DNA of 64,000 nucleotides from an uncultured Desulfobacter sp. (GCA_963665095.1 OY762069.1:4064001-4128000), one strand, 5' to 3'. Numbered from the stretch's first letter, positions 42,008 to 52,400 are shown. Made by a program: numbers and translations. The notes: generated by a model from the sequence alone, not told the origin.

Positions 42008-43066
42008 ATGTCTCATATTGACTGCAAACTCGATTCTGATTCCAGGGCCGCCATACTTAAAAGCGTCTATCTGGAAAATCAGCGAATGATTACTAGAACT
42101 GCGGTCAATGGCCAAAGGGAAGGTCACCCCTTTGATTTCAGTTTTTTAAAAATTGGCAAAGTGGTCTCTGTCCTGGTTTTTTTAAGTGTCCTTTCAATAG
42201 AGCTGTTCAGCAAAAACCTCTCCCCTGAAAATTATGAGGCGCCAGTGATATATGAGATAAAACAAGCACCGATTCATTCGATGGTTGCTCCTGAATCATC
42301 CAATAATTTTGACCTCTTACTTGTTGGTGATAATAATATTGAGCTGTCATCACTGTTCGGGCTCGGCGTTAAAACCGTTGTCATTGATCCCGGCCATGGC
42401 GGCCGGGATCCCGGAGCCGTTGGGGCTGAAGGGACGCTTGAAAAAGATATTACCCTGGATGTTTCCATCAAGCTTAAGGCGCGTTTGGACGAATTCGCCC
42501 AATTCAAAGTATTGCTGACCCGGAATAAAGATATCACAGTAACATTGGCGGACCGCGTTGCCTTTGCCAAAAAGAATAACGCGGATCTGTTTGTCTCCAT
42601 ACATGTGAATGCACTGCCCAATAAATCCCTGAATGCCATTGAAACCTATTATTTCGGTGCGCCGAGAAGTCCTGAAACCCTACACCTGGCCCAGGTGGAA
42701 AACTCCGGATCTGATTTCAGTATGGCAGAGCTCGATTTGATTCTTGCCGATTTTGAAAACACCCTGAAACGTCAGGAGTCAGCTAAACTTGCCAAGTTAA
42801 TTCAGGAAAGTCTGTTTAAAAACATAAAACGCCGGGATACCAAAGCCCTTAATTTCGGCATCAGAATGGCGCCTTTTGTAGTTATTTCCCAGACCGGGGT
42901 CCCCAGCGTGCTGGTTGAAATTTCATGCATATCCAAATTAGAGCAGGAAGCCAAGCTGGCCACGGCAGATTATCGCTCGGATGTCGCAGGTTACATTACA
43001 GATGGGATCACTGCCTACCTTAAGATGCAAAATACCATAATATCAGACAGGAGGATTGAGCAATGA
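42008..43066 (+). CDS. N-acetylmuramoyl-L-alanine amidase (Amidase_3) with membrane anchor
   Basis: VVIDPGHGGRDPGA, EKDITL, LTR, FVSIHVNA, PSVLVEI. Confidence 0.92.
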   Translation: MSHIDCKLDSDSRAAILKSVYLENQRMITRTAVNGQREGHPFDFSFLKIGKVVSVLVFLSVLSIELFSKNLSPENYEAPVIYEIKQAPIHSMVAPESSNNFDLLLVGDNNIELSSLFGLGVKTVVIDPGHGGRDPGAVGAEGTLEKDITLDVSIKLKARLDEFAQFKVLLTRNKDITVTLADRVAFAKKNNADLFVSIHVNALPNKSLNAIETYYFGAPRSPETLHLAQVENSGSDFSMAELDLILADFENTLKRQESAKLAKLIQESLFKNIKRRDTKALNFGIRMAPFVVISQTGVPSVLVEISCISKLEQEAKLATADYRSDVAGYITDGITAYLKMQNTIISDRRIEQ

Positions 43067-43654
43067 GCAGCAACGCGAGTGACGGAAACGATGGTACTTC
43101 CAAAAACGGGAGAGTGGATCAAATGAAAATCCTGAATATCGGCATTGATCTTGGCACCTCAAGAAGTGCTATGTCGGCCAGCAACAGAAAAAGAGACTGG
43201 GTGGAAAGCTATGTGGGATGGCCCAAGGATTTTGTCGCCCAGAAGATGCTGGGCAAACGTGTCCTGTTAGGTGGGGATGCCCTGAAGAACCGCTTGTCAC
43301 TGAACCTTTACCGGCCGCTGGAGCATGGCGTGATCAAGGACGGGTCGGAATTCAATGAAGCGGCCGTCAAAGAGATCGTTGGCTGTTTAATTGACGTGGC
43401 CCTGGCAAAAAACGGGGATGAAGAGATGGACCTGCGCATTATTGTGGGCGTGCCGTCGGATTCGTTCAAAGAGAATAAAATGGCCATCAAGCGGCTGCTG
43501 TCCGATTTCTCCGAATCGATCATGGTCGTGTCCGAGCCCTTTTCCGTGGCCTATGGGATGAACGAATAGAATCAATGATCCGCTTTATGCCGGTGCGGAC
43601 GGTGCCCTGGCCCTGGCCGAAGACATGCCGGAAGAGTACTGGCAGAACAGTTAG
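43063..43654 (+). pseudogene. MamK-like actin gene with large internal deletion
   Basis: N-half IGIDLGTS..VGWPKD..IIVGVP..VVSEPFSVAYGM stops at 43569. In another frame, 43571-43654 reads INDPLYAGADGALALAEDMPEEYWQNS*, resembling the MamK C-terminus. Confidence 0.8.
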
Positions 43655-43751
43655 AAGCCACCTTAAAATAAGCTTTCAGGCAACTCCTATGTGGATGAAA
43701 ATTTTAATTCGCCGGCATGCCACAGCGGTTAAAATTTTCATCCTGCCACCA

Positions 43752-44084
43752 TTAAATTTGGCAGGCCTTTTCAAAAACACCAGCTGCCCACTGATTAATG
43801 CTTTTCCCGTTAATTTCTGCTGCGGCGGCAACTGAAGCATGAATTTCTGCCGGGATTCTCAGCATCAAATTGCCGGAATATGTTTTATTGGGCACCTGTC
43901 CAAGTTTCTCACATGCTGCAAGATAATCATCAATGGCTTGGGTAAATGCTGCCTCAAGTTCAGAAACAGACTCTCCATGGAAACCTATTACGTCACGAAT
44001 ACCAACAACCCTTCCCGTGAAAATTTTATCATCAGCGTCAAATTCAACCTTAGCAAAGTATCCTTTGTAATTTAGTCCTTTCAT
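43752..44084 (-). CDS. hicB: HicB family antitoxin
   Basis: YKGYFAKVEFD..FHGESVSELEAAF..DDYL..YSGNLMLRIPAEIH..SINQW. Confidence 0.92.
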   Translation of the reverse strand: MKGLNYKGYFAKVEFDADDKIFTGRVVGIRDVIGFHGESVSELEAAFTQAIDDYLAACEKLGQVPNKTYSGNLMLRIPAEIHASVAAAAEINGKSINQWAAGVFEKACQI

Positions 44085-44128
44085 GCTGCTTCTCCTATTC
44101 TACTTATTTTTTTATGTTTTGAGTTCAT
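44081..44128 (-). pseudogene. hicA: Collapsed hicA toxin gene (15 codons)
   Basis: MNSKHKKISRIGEAA* begins like HicA (MNxKHxK) and overlaps the hicB start as ATGA. Confidence 0.7.
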
Positions 44129-44134
44129 GAACAT

Positions 44135-44163
44135 ATTATAATGCAATCAATTAATGATTGCAA
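44135..44163 (-). promoter_or_regulatory. hicAB promoter with overlapping palindromic operator
   Basis: Minus-strand TTGCAA-17 bp-TATAAT; palindrome TGCAATCA-N5-TGATTGCA at 44142-44162. Confidence 0.75.
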
Positions 44164-44283
44164 AATTAAATTTTCATCTTGGAGATACGTTGCTTTAAAA
44201 GCCTATTTATTTCTCCAAGATAGTGGTAAATATTGGGGGAATAAAATAACACCCCACCTTCCTTTAAAGGAGAATTCACAGCA

Positions 44284-44784
44284 ATGGCAGACAACACAGC
44301 CCCATACGGGTGGGATGCCTCAATGGGTATATCCCTGCATGACAAGATCAGGCAGGATATGAAGGCATCCATGTTAAAAAAAGATACCGAAGTCCGGGAT
44401 ACCATGCGCCTGATCATGGGGGCGTTTCCCGACATCACGGTTCCCATCACCCTTGAAAGCGGCAAAAAATCCACCCGGGCCAAAAAGCCCGAAGAGATCA
44501 CGGATGAGGATATCCATGACATCATCCGGAAGTTTGTAAAATCGGAAAAAACCGTACTGGAACTAAAAAAAGAGACCACATCGGATTATCTGGAACTGTT
44601 AGAGGCATATCTGCCCAAAATGGCAACCACCGAAGAGATAGAAGCCTGGATCAAAACCAATGTAGACTTTTCCACCGTGAAAAGCCCCATGCAGGCCATG
44701 GGCGCCGTTATGAAACATTTCGGCAAACTTGCTGACGGGAACCAGGTCAAGGCTATTCTTCAGGGGATGAATGGCGGGAAGTAA
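44284..44784 (+). CDS. GatB/YqeY domain protein
   Basis: SLHDKIRQDMKASM, YLPKMAT, MGAVMKHFGKLADG. Confidence 0.85.
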   Translation: MADNTAPYGWDASMGISLHDKIRQDMKASMLKKDTEVRDTMRLIMGAFPDITVPITLESGKKSTRAKKPEEITDEDIHDIIRKFVKSEKTVLELKKETTSDYLELLEAYLPKMATTEEIEAWIKTNVDFSTVKSPMQAMGAVMKHFGKLADGNQVKAILQGMNGGK

Positions 44785-44840
44785 ACTGAAATCCATCGGC
44801 ACCCCAGGATAAGATTACGGGGAGTGGGCGCCAGTGAACT

Positions 44841-45082
44841 TTATGCAATTTCCCTGAACTGGGTTACCTCAACCATCCGATATTCATTCTTTGCCTCTTG
44901 GACAATATGTTCAATGGCTTCTGCCGTATCATCGGACAGCCATTCATGACCGCACAAGGCGCAAATGATTGCCGGAACCCCTTTAATAACAACCAGGGTT
45001 GACCCTATATCTACAGTGAAAGTGTAGCCCCATGCTTTTTATTGCCCCCGCAAATCGGGCATTGGCAGCTAATTGAATTCAT
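44841..45082 (-). pseudogene. YgiT-type zinc-finger (MqsA-like) antitoxin, frameshifted
   Basis: MNSISCQCPICGG / TFTVDIGSTLVVIKGVPAIICALCGHEWLSD / RMVEVTQFREIA*, joined across two frameshifts. Confidence 0.7.
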
Positions 45083-45280
45083 TGCTTTCTCCTGGTTTTA
45101 AAATCAGCCTCAAAATGATCCTTATCCGGCCTGTATACAGTGATTACAAAGATCATTTTATTCTGATCATCATAGGAAATAATAACATGCAAAGGGTCGT
45201 TATGCCACATCCTAAAAAATAAAGCGCTTGGAAATGGGGTGTCATCAGGGTAGTTTTCTGTTAATTCTCCATCAATGATT
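45079..45280 (-). pseudogene. DUF4258-like toxin, 5'-truncated
   Basis: IDGELTENYPDDTPFPSALF..PLHVII..VITVYRPDKDHFEADFKTRRKQ*, with an ATGA overlap to the zinc-finger gene; no N-terminus found. Confidence 0.7.
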
Positions 45281-45373
45281 CCAAGGAGTCAGCGGTTACC
45301 GAATAGAAAATTGCCATCTCGGTTTTCCTTTTTTCATTTGATATTCGTCAGAATTATCAATAAAACATCATCC

Positions 45374-45987
45374 ATGAGTCATTCAACTTTAAACTATTAC
45401 AGTCAGAATTACCTGGAAGTTGCCCGGAGGTATGAATCTGCTGATGTCACACAACTTCATGAGTTTCTATCATCCAGCCTGAAACCGGGCGGCAGGCTCC
45501 TGGAGCTTGGGTGCGGTTCGGCAGGGATGCCGCATTTATGGTCAGCCGGGGATTCAGGGTGCTGGCGACGGATGGTTCCGCATCCATGGTTGAACAGACA
45601 AAAATACACCACCCTGAACTTGTGGAACATGCGGTTCACATGGAACTGCCGGGAGGACTGTCAAATGAACTGGGGGTATTTGACGGCATATATGCCGTTG
45701 CCGTTCTGATGCATCTTTCCTTACAGGACATTGAAAGCACAATATCCGCCGTTTATTCGCTTTTGCCGGAAAAGGGCCGGTTTGCGTTTTCAGTCCCGGC
45801 CCGGCGGGATGATGTCATGACCAATGAATTTGACTCCAAAGGTCGGCGATTCACGGCATTATCACCGGACGGCTGGAAAGAGTTATGCCGGAAGCACAAT
45901 CTGCAGATAGTCCGGACCATGACTTCCGAAGATGGTCTGGGAAGAGGCGGGGTCGTCTGGATGAACTGTCTGGCAGAAAAGCCTTAG
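45374..45987 (+). pseudogene. Class I SAM-dependent methyltransferase with one frameshift
   Basis: MSHSTLNYY..LLELGCGS in one frame continues as GRDAAF..FDGIYAVAVLMHL in another; the shift is at ~45518. Confidence 0.8.
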
Positions 45988-46144
45988 GGATACTTCTGAT
46001 CAATAATTTTTTACTATAAGCCCCTCGATCACTTCGACACCAAAGCCCCGGCAAGGCATTTTTCGAAATCTTGATAATTTTTTTGCTGTCTGCTATATCT
46101 TGCTGGAAAAATTTCCGGTCTTTCTTAATGTTATTTGAGTTCTC

Positions 46145-48367
46145 ATGGATATTCAGACGGTACAATTTTATAATTCAAATGCAGATAGAATAACAGTGCA
46201 GCATCACCAATCTGAAAGCTGGATTGGGCGGTATCTGGCACAAGCCTTTACATCTGGTTGCTCGGTTCTTGATATCGGCTGTGGTCCCGGGCGTGATTTA
46301 AACATGCTTGTTGAAGCTGGATATGATGCGCATGGCATTGAGCCGTGTGATAAATTTATCAAATCTATATCTTACACATATCCGAATCTTTGCCAGCGGG
46401 TTAAAAGCGATTCACTGCCGAGCCTTGAAACAATTTCTGACAATTCGTATGACTCAATTTTTTGTTCGGCTGTACTCCATCACCTGCCCAGGGAACTGCT
46501 GTTCGATTCGGTTTACTCTATTCGCCGCATTCTTAGAGAGAACGGACGGATACTGATCTCTATTCCTGTTGATTCGACAATGACAGATCAACGGGATGAA
46601 AACGGATGCCTGTTTAATGGTGTAACGGCTGAAAATTTTCAGTTGATTTTTGAGCGGATAGGCTTTCGTATGATCAGTCGCTGGGATAACGAAAACAGCT
46701 TTGAACATGGGCACCGTAACTGGGTTATCATGTTGTTTACCCTTGGATCAGCCGATGGTTCCCGCAGTTTGGATAAAATTGAAGGGATTCTTAATAAAGA
46801 TAAGAAAGATGCAACATATAAACTGGCCCTGTTTCGTGCACTGGCTGACATTGCCATGACTAATTATAATTCGGCGGAATGGCTGCATGACGGTCGCGTT
46901 GCACTGTCAATTCAATCTATCTCCGAAAAATGGCTTGAATACTACTGGCCGATTATTGACTCAGACATATTTATTCCGCAGAAGCGCGGTGAAAAGAAAG
47001 ACAGCCGGAAACGCATTGCGTTCCGCGCACAGATGAATGATCTCATTGAATGCTATCGCAGTAATGGCGGCCTATCGGCCTTCTGTGTAGATTATCGTAA
47101 TCAGAAGTTGGAAAAAGATAAAACTGTAAAACAACTTTTCTCTAAACTCAACTCAACCATTAAAGCCGGACCTGTTTATTATTCCGGGGGCGGTGGTTCC
47201 AAGACCTTTGATTACGATAAGTACTCTAAGTCGGTGATTATGGATGCCGATATTTGGAGAGAATTATCAATTATGGGAAGTTGGATTACCGATGCGACTA
47301 TCCTGCGCTGGGCCGAATTAACCAAAGAAATTTCTAACCGTGAAATAAAGGCAAGCCAAATTATTGATCTTCTCCTGGAAACGCCCATTTCGGAGCGGGA
47401 TGTGGCATCGGCACGCGGCTTATATGAAACAATGGACAATAAGGTCTGTGTATGGAGTGATAAAATTATTACTGTTAAATTCGATGTGGATCATGCTATT
47501 CCGTTTGTGCTGTGGAAAAATAATGACCTGTGGAATCTGCTGCCTGCCGATCCCACGGTAAATAACCAGAAACGTGATAAGCTTCCAAGTCGTGATTTAC
47601 TCCTTTCCCGCAAGGATTGTATTGTTAATTACTGGGAAAAAATGTACGGAAAATTTGAGAACCGCTTTAAATTTGAAGCGTCAAGATTTGCCGGGAAGCA
47701 GGCCTTTGCAACAAAAAATTGGGAAAATAAGCTTTTTGGCGCGCTCACCGAAGCCACCGAGATCACAGCTATCCAGAGAGGCGTTGCTCGCTGGGAACCT
47801 GACGGCATCAAAGTGCAGCGTTATTCCCAAAACAAAAAGAGACAAATTGATATCCAATCTGCAGAATCAGCGATTTCTGAAAAATGTATTATCAAAATAT
47901 TGGATACTAAAGATATCGGGGCGGCCATGTTTAAAAAGGCCCTTCCCTTTGTGGGGGATATTGCGGCGGGAGAACCGTTCCGGGGGTTTGATATATATGA
48001 TCTGCATTCTGCGCCAGATGAACTGGACTGGATCGAGGTGCCTGAAAGACTGTGCAACGATCGCAGATTTCTGATACGGGTTGCCGGTAATTCCATGGAG
48101 CCCACCATCATGAAGGGGGATTATCTTGTCTGCGAATACCATCGGCATCGGCAGCAGAACCGTGATATTGTGATTATGGGTGACTTTTCTGTGCTGAGTG
48201 ACGGGGAAGTTGCTGTGAAACGTATTTCTGAATCAGAACATCACTGGATTTTCAAATCAGACAATCCACAATATGAGGATATTCGTCTGGAAAAAGAATA
48301 TGACGACCAATATCCCATTTTAGGAACGGTTATTTACAATTTGACCAGGGCTGTCCCTTGCCATTAA
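46145..48367 (+). CDS. Methyltransferase - HNH nuclease - S24 (LexA/UmuD-like) peptidase fusion
   Basis: VLDIGCGPGRD; TYKLALFRAL; CVWS..DVDHAIPF..NDLWNLLP..VNNQKRD; DIAAGEP, GNSMEP, AVKRI. Confidence 0.85.
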   Translation: MDIQTVQFYNSNADRITVQHHQSESWIGRYLAQAFTSGCSVLDIGCGPGRDLNMLVEAGYDAHGIEPCDKFIKSISYTYPNLCQRVKSDSLPSLETISDNSYDSIFCSAVLHHLPRELLFDSVYSIRRILRENGRILISIPVDSTMTDQRDENGCLFNGVTAENFQLIFERIGFRMISRWDNENSFEHGHRNWVIMLFTLGSADGSRSLDKIEGILNKDKKDATYKLALFRALADIAMTNYNSAEWLHDGRVALSIQSISEKWLEYYWPIIDSDIFIPQKRGEKKDSRKRIAFRAQMNDLIECYRSNGGLSAFCVDYRNQKLEKDKTVKQLFSKLNSTIKAGPVYYSGGGGSKTFDYDKYSKSVIMDADIWRELSIMGSWITDATILRWAELTKEISNREIKASQIIDLLLETPISERDVASARGLYETMDNKVCVWSDKIITVKFDVDHAIPFVLWKNNDLWNLLPADPTVNNQKRDKLPSRDLLLSRKDCIVNYWEKMYGKFENRFKFEASRFAGKQAFATKNWENKLFGALTEATEITAIQRGVARWEPDGIKVQRYSQNKKRQIDIQSAESAISEKCIIKILDTKDIGAAMFKKALPFVGDIAAGEPFRGFDIYDLHSAPDELDWIEVPERLCNDRRFLIRVAGNSMEPTIMKGDYLVCEYHRHRQQNRDIVIMGDFSVLSDGEVAVKRISESEHHWIFKSDNPQYEDIRLEKEYDDQYPILGTVIYNLTRAVPCH

Positions 48368-48405
48368 TGCTTTTGGGACGTTGCTGCAGTCAGAAATTCA
48401 TTAAC

Positions 48406-48429
48406 CAATCAGGGGCTGCACCCTGATTG
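48406..48429 (+). terminator. Hairpin downstream of the HNH fusion gene
   Basis: CAATCAGGG-GCTGCA-CCCTGATTG. Confidence 0.5.
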
Positions 48430-48463
48430 TCAATAGTCTGATAGTTGTTTACAGGGATAGCAT

Positions 48464-48889
48464 ATGAACGAAGAAAAACTAACCGATAAGCTAAAATTGA
48501 TAGAAGCGCTTTTTGCCGGGGCCACCACTGACGGGGAACGGGATGCAGCGTTTAATGCCCTTCAGAGAATCAGGGACCGGTTAAATGAAATCAAAAGGGA
48601 AGATCCGCCTGTGGAGTATAAATTTGCCATGGCGGATGTCTGGTCCAGAAAGTTGTTTTTAGCTCTGTTGAGAAGATACGATATCAAACCATATCGGTAT
48701 TACAGGCAGAAATATACGACGGTCATGGCAAAAATTCCCAAGAGTTTTGTGGATGAAACCTTGTGGCCTGAATTTGAAGAATTGAATAAGACTTTAAGGG
48801 AATATCTTGAGGAGATTACCGATAAGATTATTTGTGACACCATTCATTCTGACAGTTCGGATGCAGAGGTCGTTAAACAGTTGGAATAG
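48464..48889 (+). CDS. Hypothetical protein
   Basis: 141-aa ORF with purine-rich RBS; N-terminus EALFAGATTDGERDAA. Confidence 0.7.
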   Translation: MNEEKLTDKLKLIEALFAGATTDGERDAAFNALQRIRDRLNEIKREDPPVEYKFAMADVWSRKLFLALLRRYDIKPYRYYRQKYTTVMAKIPKSFVDETLWPEFEELNKTLREYLEEITDKIICDTIHSDSSDAEVVKQLE

Positions 48890-49061
48890 CTGTTGCCATG
48901 CATTGCGAAACGCTGGATCCTGGCGCCCGGCCACCTGATATTGTCCCTGACACAGGACCAGATAAATAATCTGCACAATAGGGCGTTAACGATCCTGATA
49001 TGCGTGTCCGATTCAGCGGACCATTCATGCGCAATATTATTGTGGGACTGGGGTCATAATA

Positions 49062-49086
49062 AAGGCCCCGCGATTTGCGGGGCCTT
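49062..49086. terminator. Terminator hairpin
   Basis: AAGGCCCCGC-GATTT-GCGGGGCCTT. Confidence 0.7.
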
Positions 49087-49125
49087 AGTCCTCATGACAA
49101 GATGTTACGCAATCAGAGCGCGTTT

Positions 49126-49317
49126 TTATCGTGGGATTTTAAATACTTTTTCCAGAATGTTTTCCATGGGGCAAAACCCCGTAAAGGCTGACTGAAAAAG
49201 ATTGGCCCCCACAAAGGCGGTGAACAGGTACCAGTAAGGGGAGACAAGCCAGCCCAGCAGAAGGGTGACAAGGATGACACTGCCGGCAATTGCCCTGATG
49301 TAACTTTCCATTTTCAT
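49126..49317 (-). CDS. DUF2892 (YgaP-like) small membrane protein
   Basis: IRAIAG..FVGANLFQSAFTGFCPM; AAGGAG RBS. Confidence 0.85.
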   Translation of the reverse strand: MKMESYIRAIAGSVILVTLLLGWLVSPYWYLFTAFVGANLFQSAFTGFCPMENILEKVFKIPR

Positions 49318-49443
49318 CGTGTTTCTCCTTTATTGCGGATCTTAAGCATATAAGCCGTTTGCCGTTGAAAATAAGTAAGACCGATACATAAATTAAGGAC
49401 GGATTATAGGGGCGTCAAGTTGTCACAGGGGCCAGCGTACCAA

Positions 49444-52400
49444 CTATTTTTTTTGTTTTATGGCATCCAGAGCCTGGTGGAACCGGTATTTTTTTAGCGC
49501 GGTTTTCACATTTTCAAACAGTTTTGCGTCATCCGGTTCGAGGGCTGCTTCTTCAAGCACGGCTAACAATGGCTGGATTAGATGGGGGCGGCGGGTTTCA
49601 ACCGCTTCAGACAGTTGCTCCCATAACTCGTTGCATTTTTGGGTGGTTATCTTTTTTAGGGTTACCCTGTCCGGTTGCGCCTGAAAAATGCTGCTGGCCC
49701 TGATTTCACCAATGACATCATTCAGGGCTTCATCAAAGGCGGGCAACAGCGTTTGGTCCAGAGTCATTTCAATCTGTTCGGCAAGTTTGTGCAGTCTTGC
49801 AGCGCCGATATTGGCGGCAAGTCCCTTGATGGTGTGTGCAATACGCTCGGCCTGATTTTTGTCTTTATCAATTGTTTCCCGCAGTTTGGTTGTAACGCCC
49901 TGGTATTCACCGGCAAAGTTGCATAGAAGCTTGATGAAAAGGGTTTTGTCCCCATTCGTATGGCGCAGCCCAAGCGGCACATCCAGTTGCGTCAACGCTT
50001 GAAGCCCTTCCTCCAGAGACGCTTTGACATTTTCAACAGATGCCTCAGGTTGCCCGGAACTGGTATCGCTTATATTGCAGGGCTCGCATTTTTTTGAAAC
50101 AAACTTAAGCAATGTCAGAAACAGTTGATCCACTTCAACGGGCTTGCGAAGATGTCGGGTGGCCCCGATCTCCATGGCCTGCCTCACATCGCTTTCCATG
50201 GCGCTGGCCGTGAGTGCAATGATTGGAATATGCTGATTAATCCGCCGTATTTGTTTGGTTGCTTCATACCCGTCCATCACTGGCATCTGGATGTCCATGA
50301 AGATCAGTTCGTACTGCTCAGGTGCGTTTCTGACCATTTCCAGGGCAATTTGTCCGTTTTCTGCTTCATCAATCATAATGCCGCTGCCGGTCAGTATGCC
50401 GCATATAATTTCACGATTCAGCTTAATGTCGTCCACCAGAAGGATTTGGCTGCCTTTAAGGGTTTTAATCTCTTTCCTCAATGATGCAATGTTGATGCTG
50501 CTCTGGGGCGGTGTCTGTTCAATGGTTTCTCCGGTGAAAATTTTGTGAATGATATTGTGAAGGTAAAAAGGGCTGACAGGTTTGAGCAAAAAGGCGGCAA
50601 TTTTTTCTTTTTCTGCCTCCTGCATCATGCGTTTCTGGTGATAGGCCTGGGTCATGACAATGATACCTGTGCCGCTGCCGGGTTGCCTGTTTATGGCCGT
50701 AATGGTTTCCTTCCAGCCCATGGCCTGGATGTTCCGGTCCACAAAGACCAGGTCAAATTTTTCCCGGGTGATCATGTCAACCGCTTTTTTACCGTCTGAT
50801 ATGGCCTGTGTCCTGATATGATACTGGCCCAGCATTTTTTGAAGGATACGCCGCCACGAGGCGGAACCGTCAATGATAAGTGCGGTTTTATCGTCAAATG
50901 TCTCTGATTCAACGGATGACTCTGTGTTCTCAGGCTGCTCAAAGAGCGTTACCTCAAAAGAGAAAACGCTGCCTCTGCCAGACATGCTTTTTACCCAGAT
51001 CCGGCCATCCATCATCTCCACCAAGTGTTTTGAAATGGCAAGGCCCAGGCCTGTACCGCCATATTTACGGGTGGTGGATTTATCCGCCTGTGAAAAGGAG
51101 AGAAACAGTCGTCCTATCTCCTCGTCTGTCAGGCCGATGCCGGTATCTGTCACGTCAAACCGGAAACGGTTCTCTCCGATTTTTTTGCAGTATATGCCCA
51201 CCTCCCCTCTGTTTGTAAATTTAACAGCGTTGTTGATCAGGTTGGTCAGGACCTGGCCCAGCCTCAAGGGGTCGCCGTGCAGATGCATGCAGGTAATGTT
51301 GTCGTAGGAGACAATCAGGTCCAGATTTTTCCGGGCCGTTGTCATCTCCACCAGGGTGGTGACATTTTCAATCACCGTATTCAACTCAAAATCAATCTGT
51401 TCAAGTTTAAGTTTACCAGCCTCAATTTTTGAGATATCCAGGATGTCGTTGATAATACCCAAGAGTGCGCTGGCAGAAGTTCTCATCTTTTCAGTAAAGT
51501 CCTGCTGGACTGGGGTCAATTCCGTCTCTTTCAGAAGATAGAGCATGCCGGTAATGGCATTGATGGGGGTGCGGATTTCATGGCTCATGTTGGCAAGAAA
51601 CGCGCTTTTGGCTTTTGACGAGGCAACTGCCGCTTCCCGTTTCTGTTCCGCCTGCTTGCCGATAAGTGCTATCTTTTTGTTTTTTTCCCTGAGGGCATTG
51701 ATCCTTCCGGCCAGTACGATGGAAAAAAGGCTTGCTTCAAGTGCAGAGCAGCACTGGTGGAAATAGTTTGTGAACTTACCATGGGGAAGAACTCCCAGAA
51801 ATGTCAGGCCTGCAATGGACGTTGACACCAGAACCAGTGCCCATATGAATATAAAGTGTTTTGAATAAGGGATACGGTGTCGCAGGCTTTGAAAACTGAT
51901 GAACAAAAGAACAACCGGATATATGCCTGCCAGGCTGGCTGTGTAGATATTGGCCAGAGGCGCCGGCACCACAAAAAGGATCAACAGGCCTATGGCCGAC
52001 AGTGCTATGATGATGTTCATTAATCTATCTGATAAGGGGATGTAGGCTTTCAGACTTAAAAACTGTTTTGAGAAAATCGCTGCAAATCCAATGAGAAGAA
52101 AAACAAATATAGGCATGGCTTTGATGTTGAACTGCGGGAAAAAAGGCCATAAATACTCGTACCCCAGTCCGTTAAAAGAGAGCTCAAAAAGAGCGGTGGG
52201 TGCAATATGCAGGATAAACAGCAGAAAACTTAAATCTTTTGTCGTCAGGTATACCAGCAGATTATAAAAGATGATTACAAACATCAGACCGTAAAAAGCA
52301 CCCATCAGGCAGTATTCGTTTTTTGCATGCTGCCAGAATGCCTGTTTTTTCCATAAAGTCAGAGGGGCCCGGAGGGAGTCATCTGTTTTGAGCTTGATGA

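Noticed and set aside
43063..43654. Magnetosome island
   Set aside because: Only a broken mamK-like gene is present; no other mam/mad genes are in the window.
40863..49100. Integron cassette array or prophage
   Set aside because: No integrase, no recurring attC-like sites and no phage structural genes were recognised.
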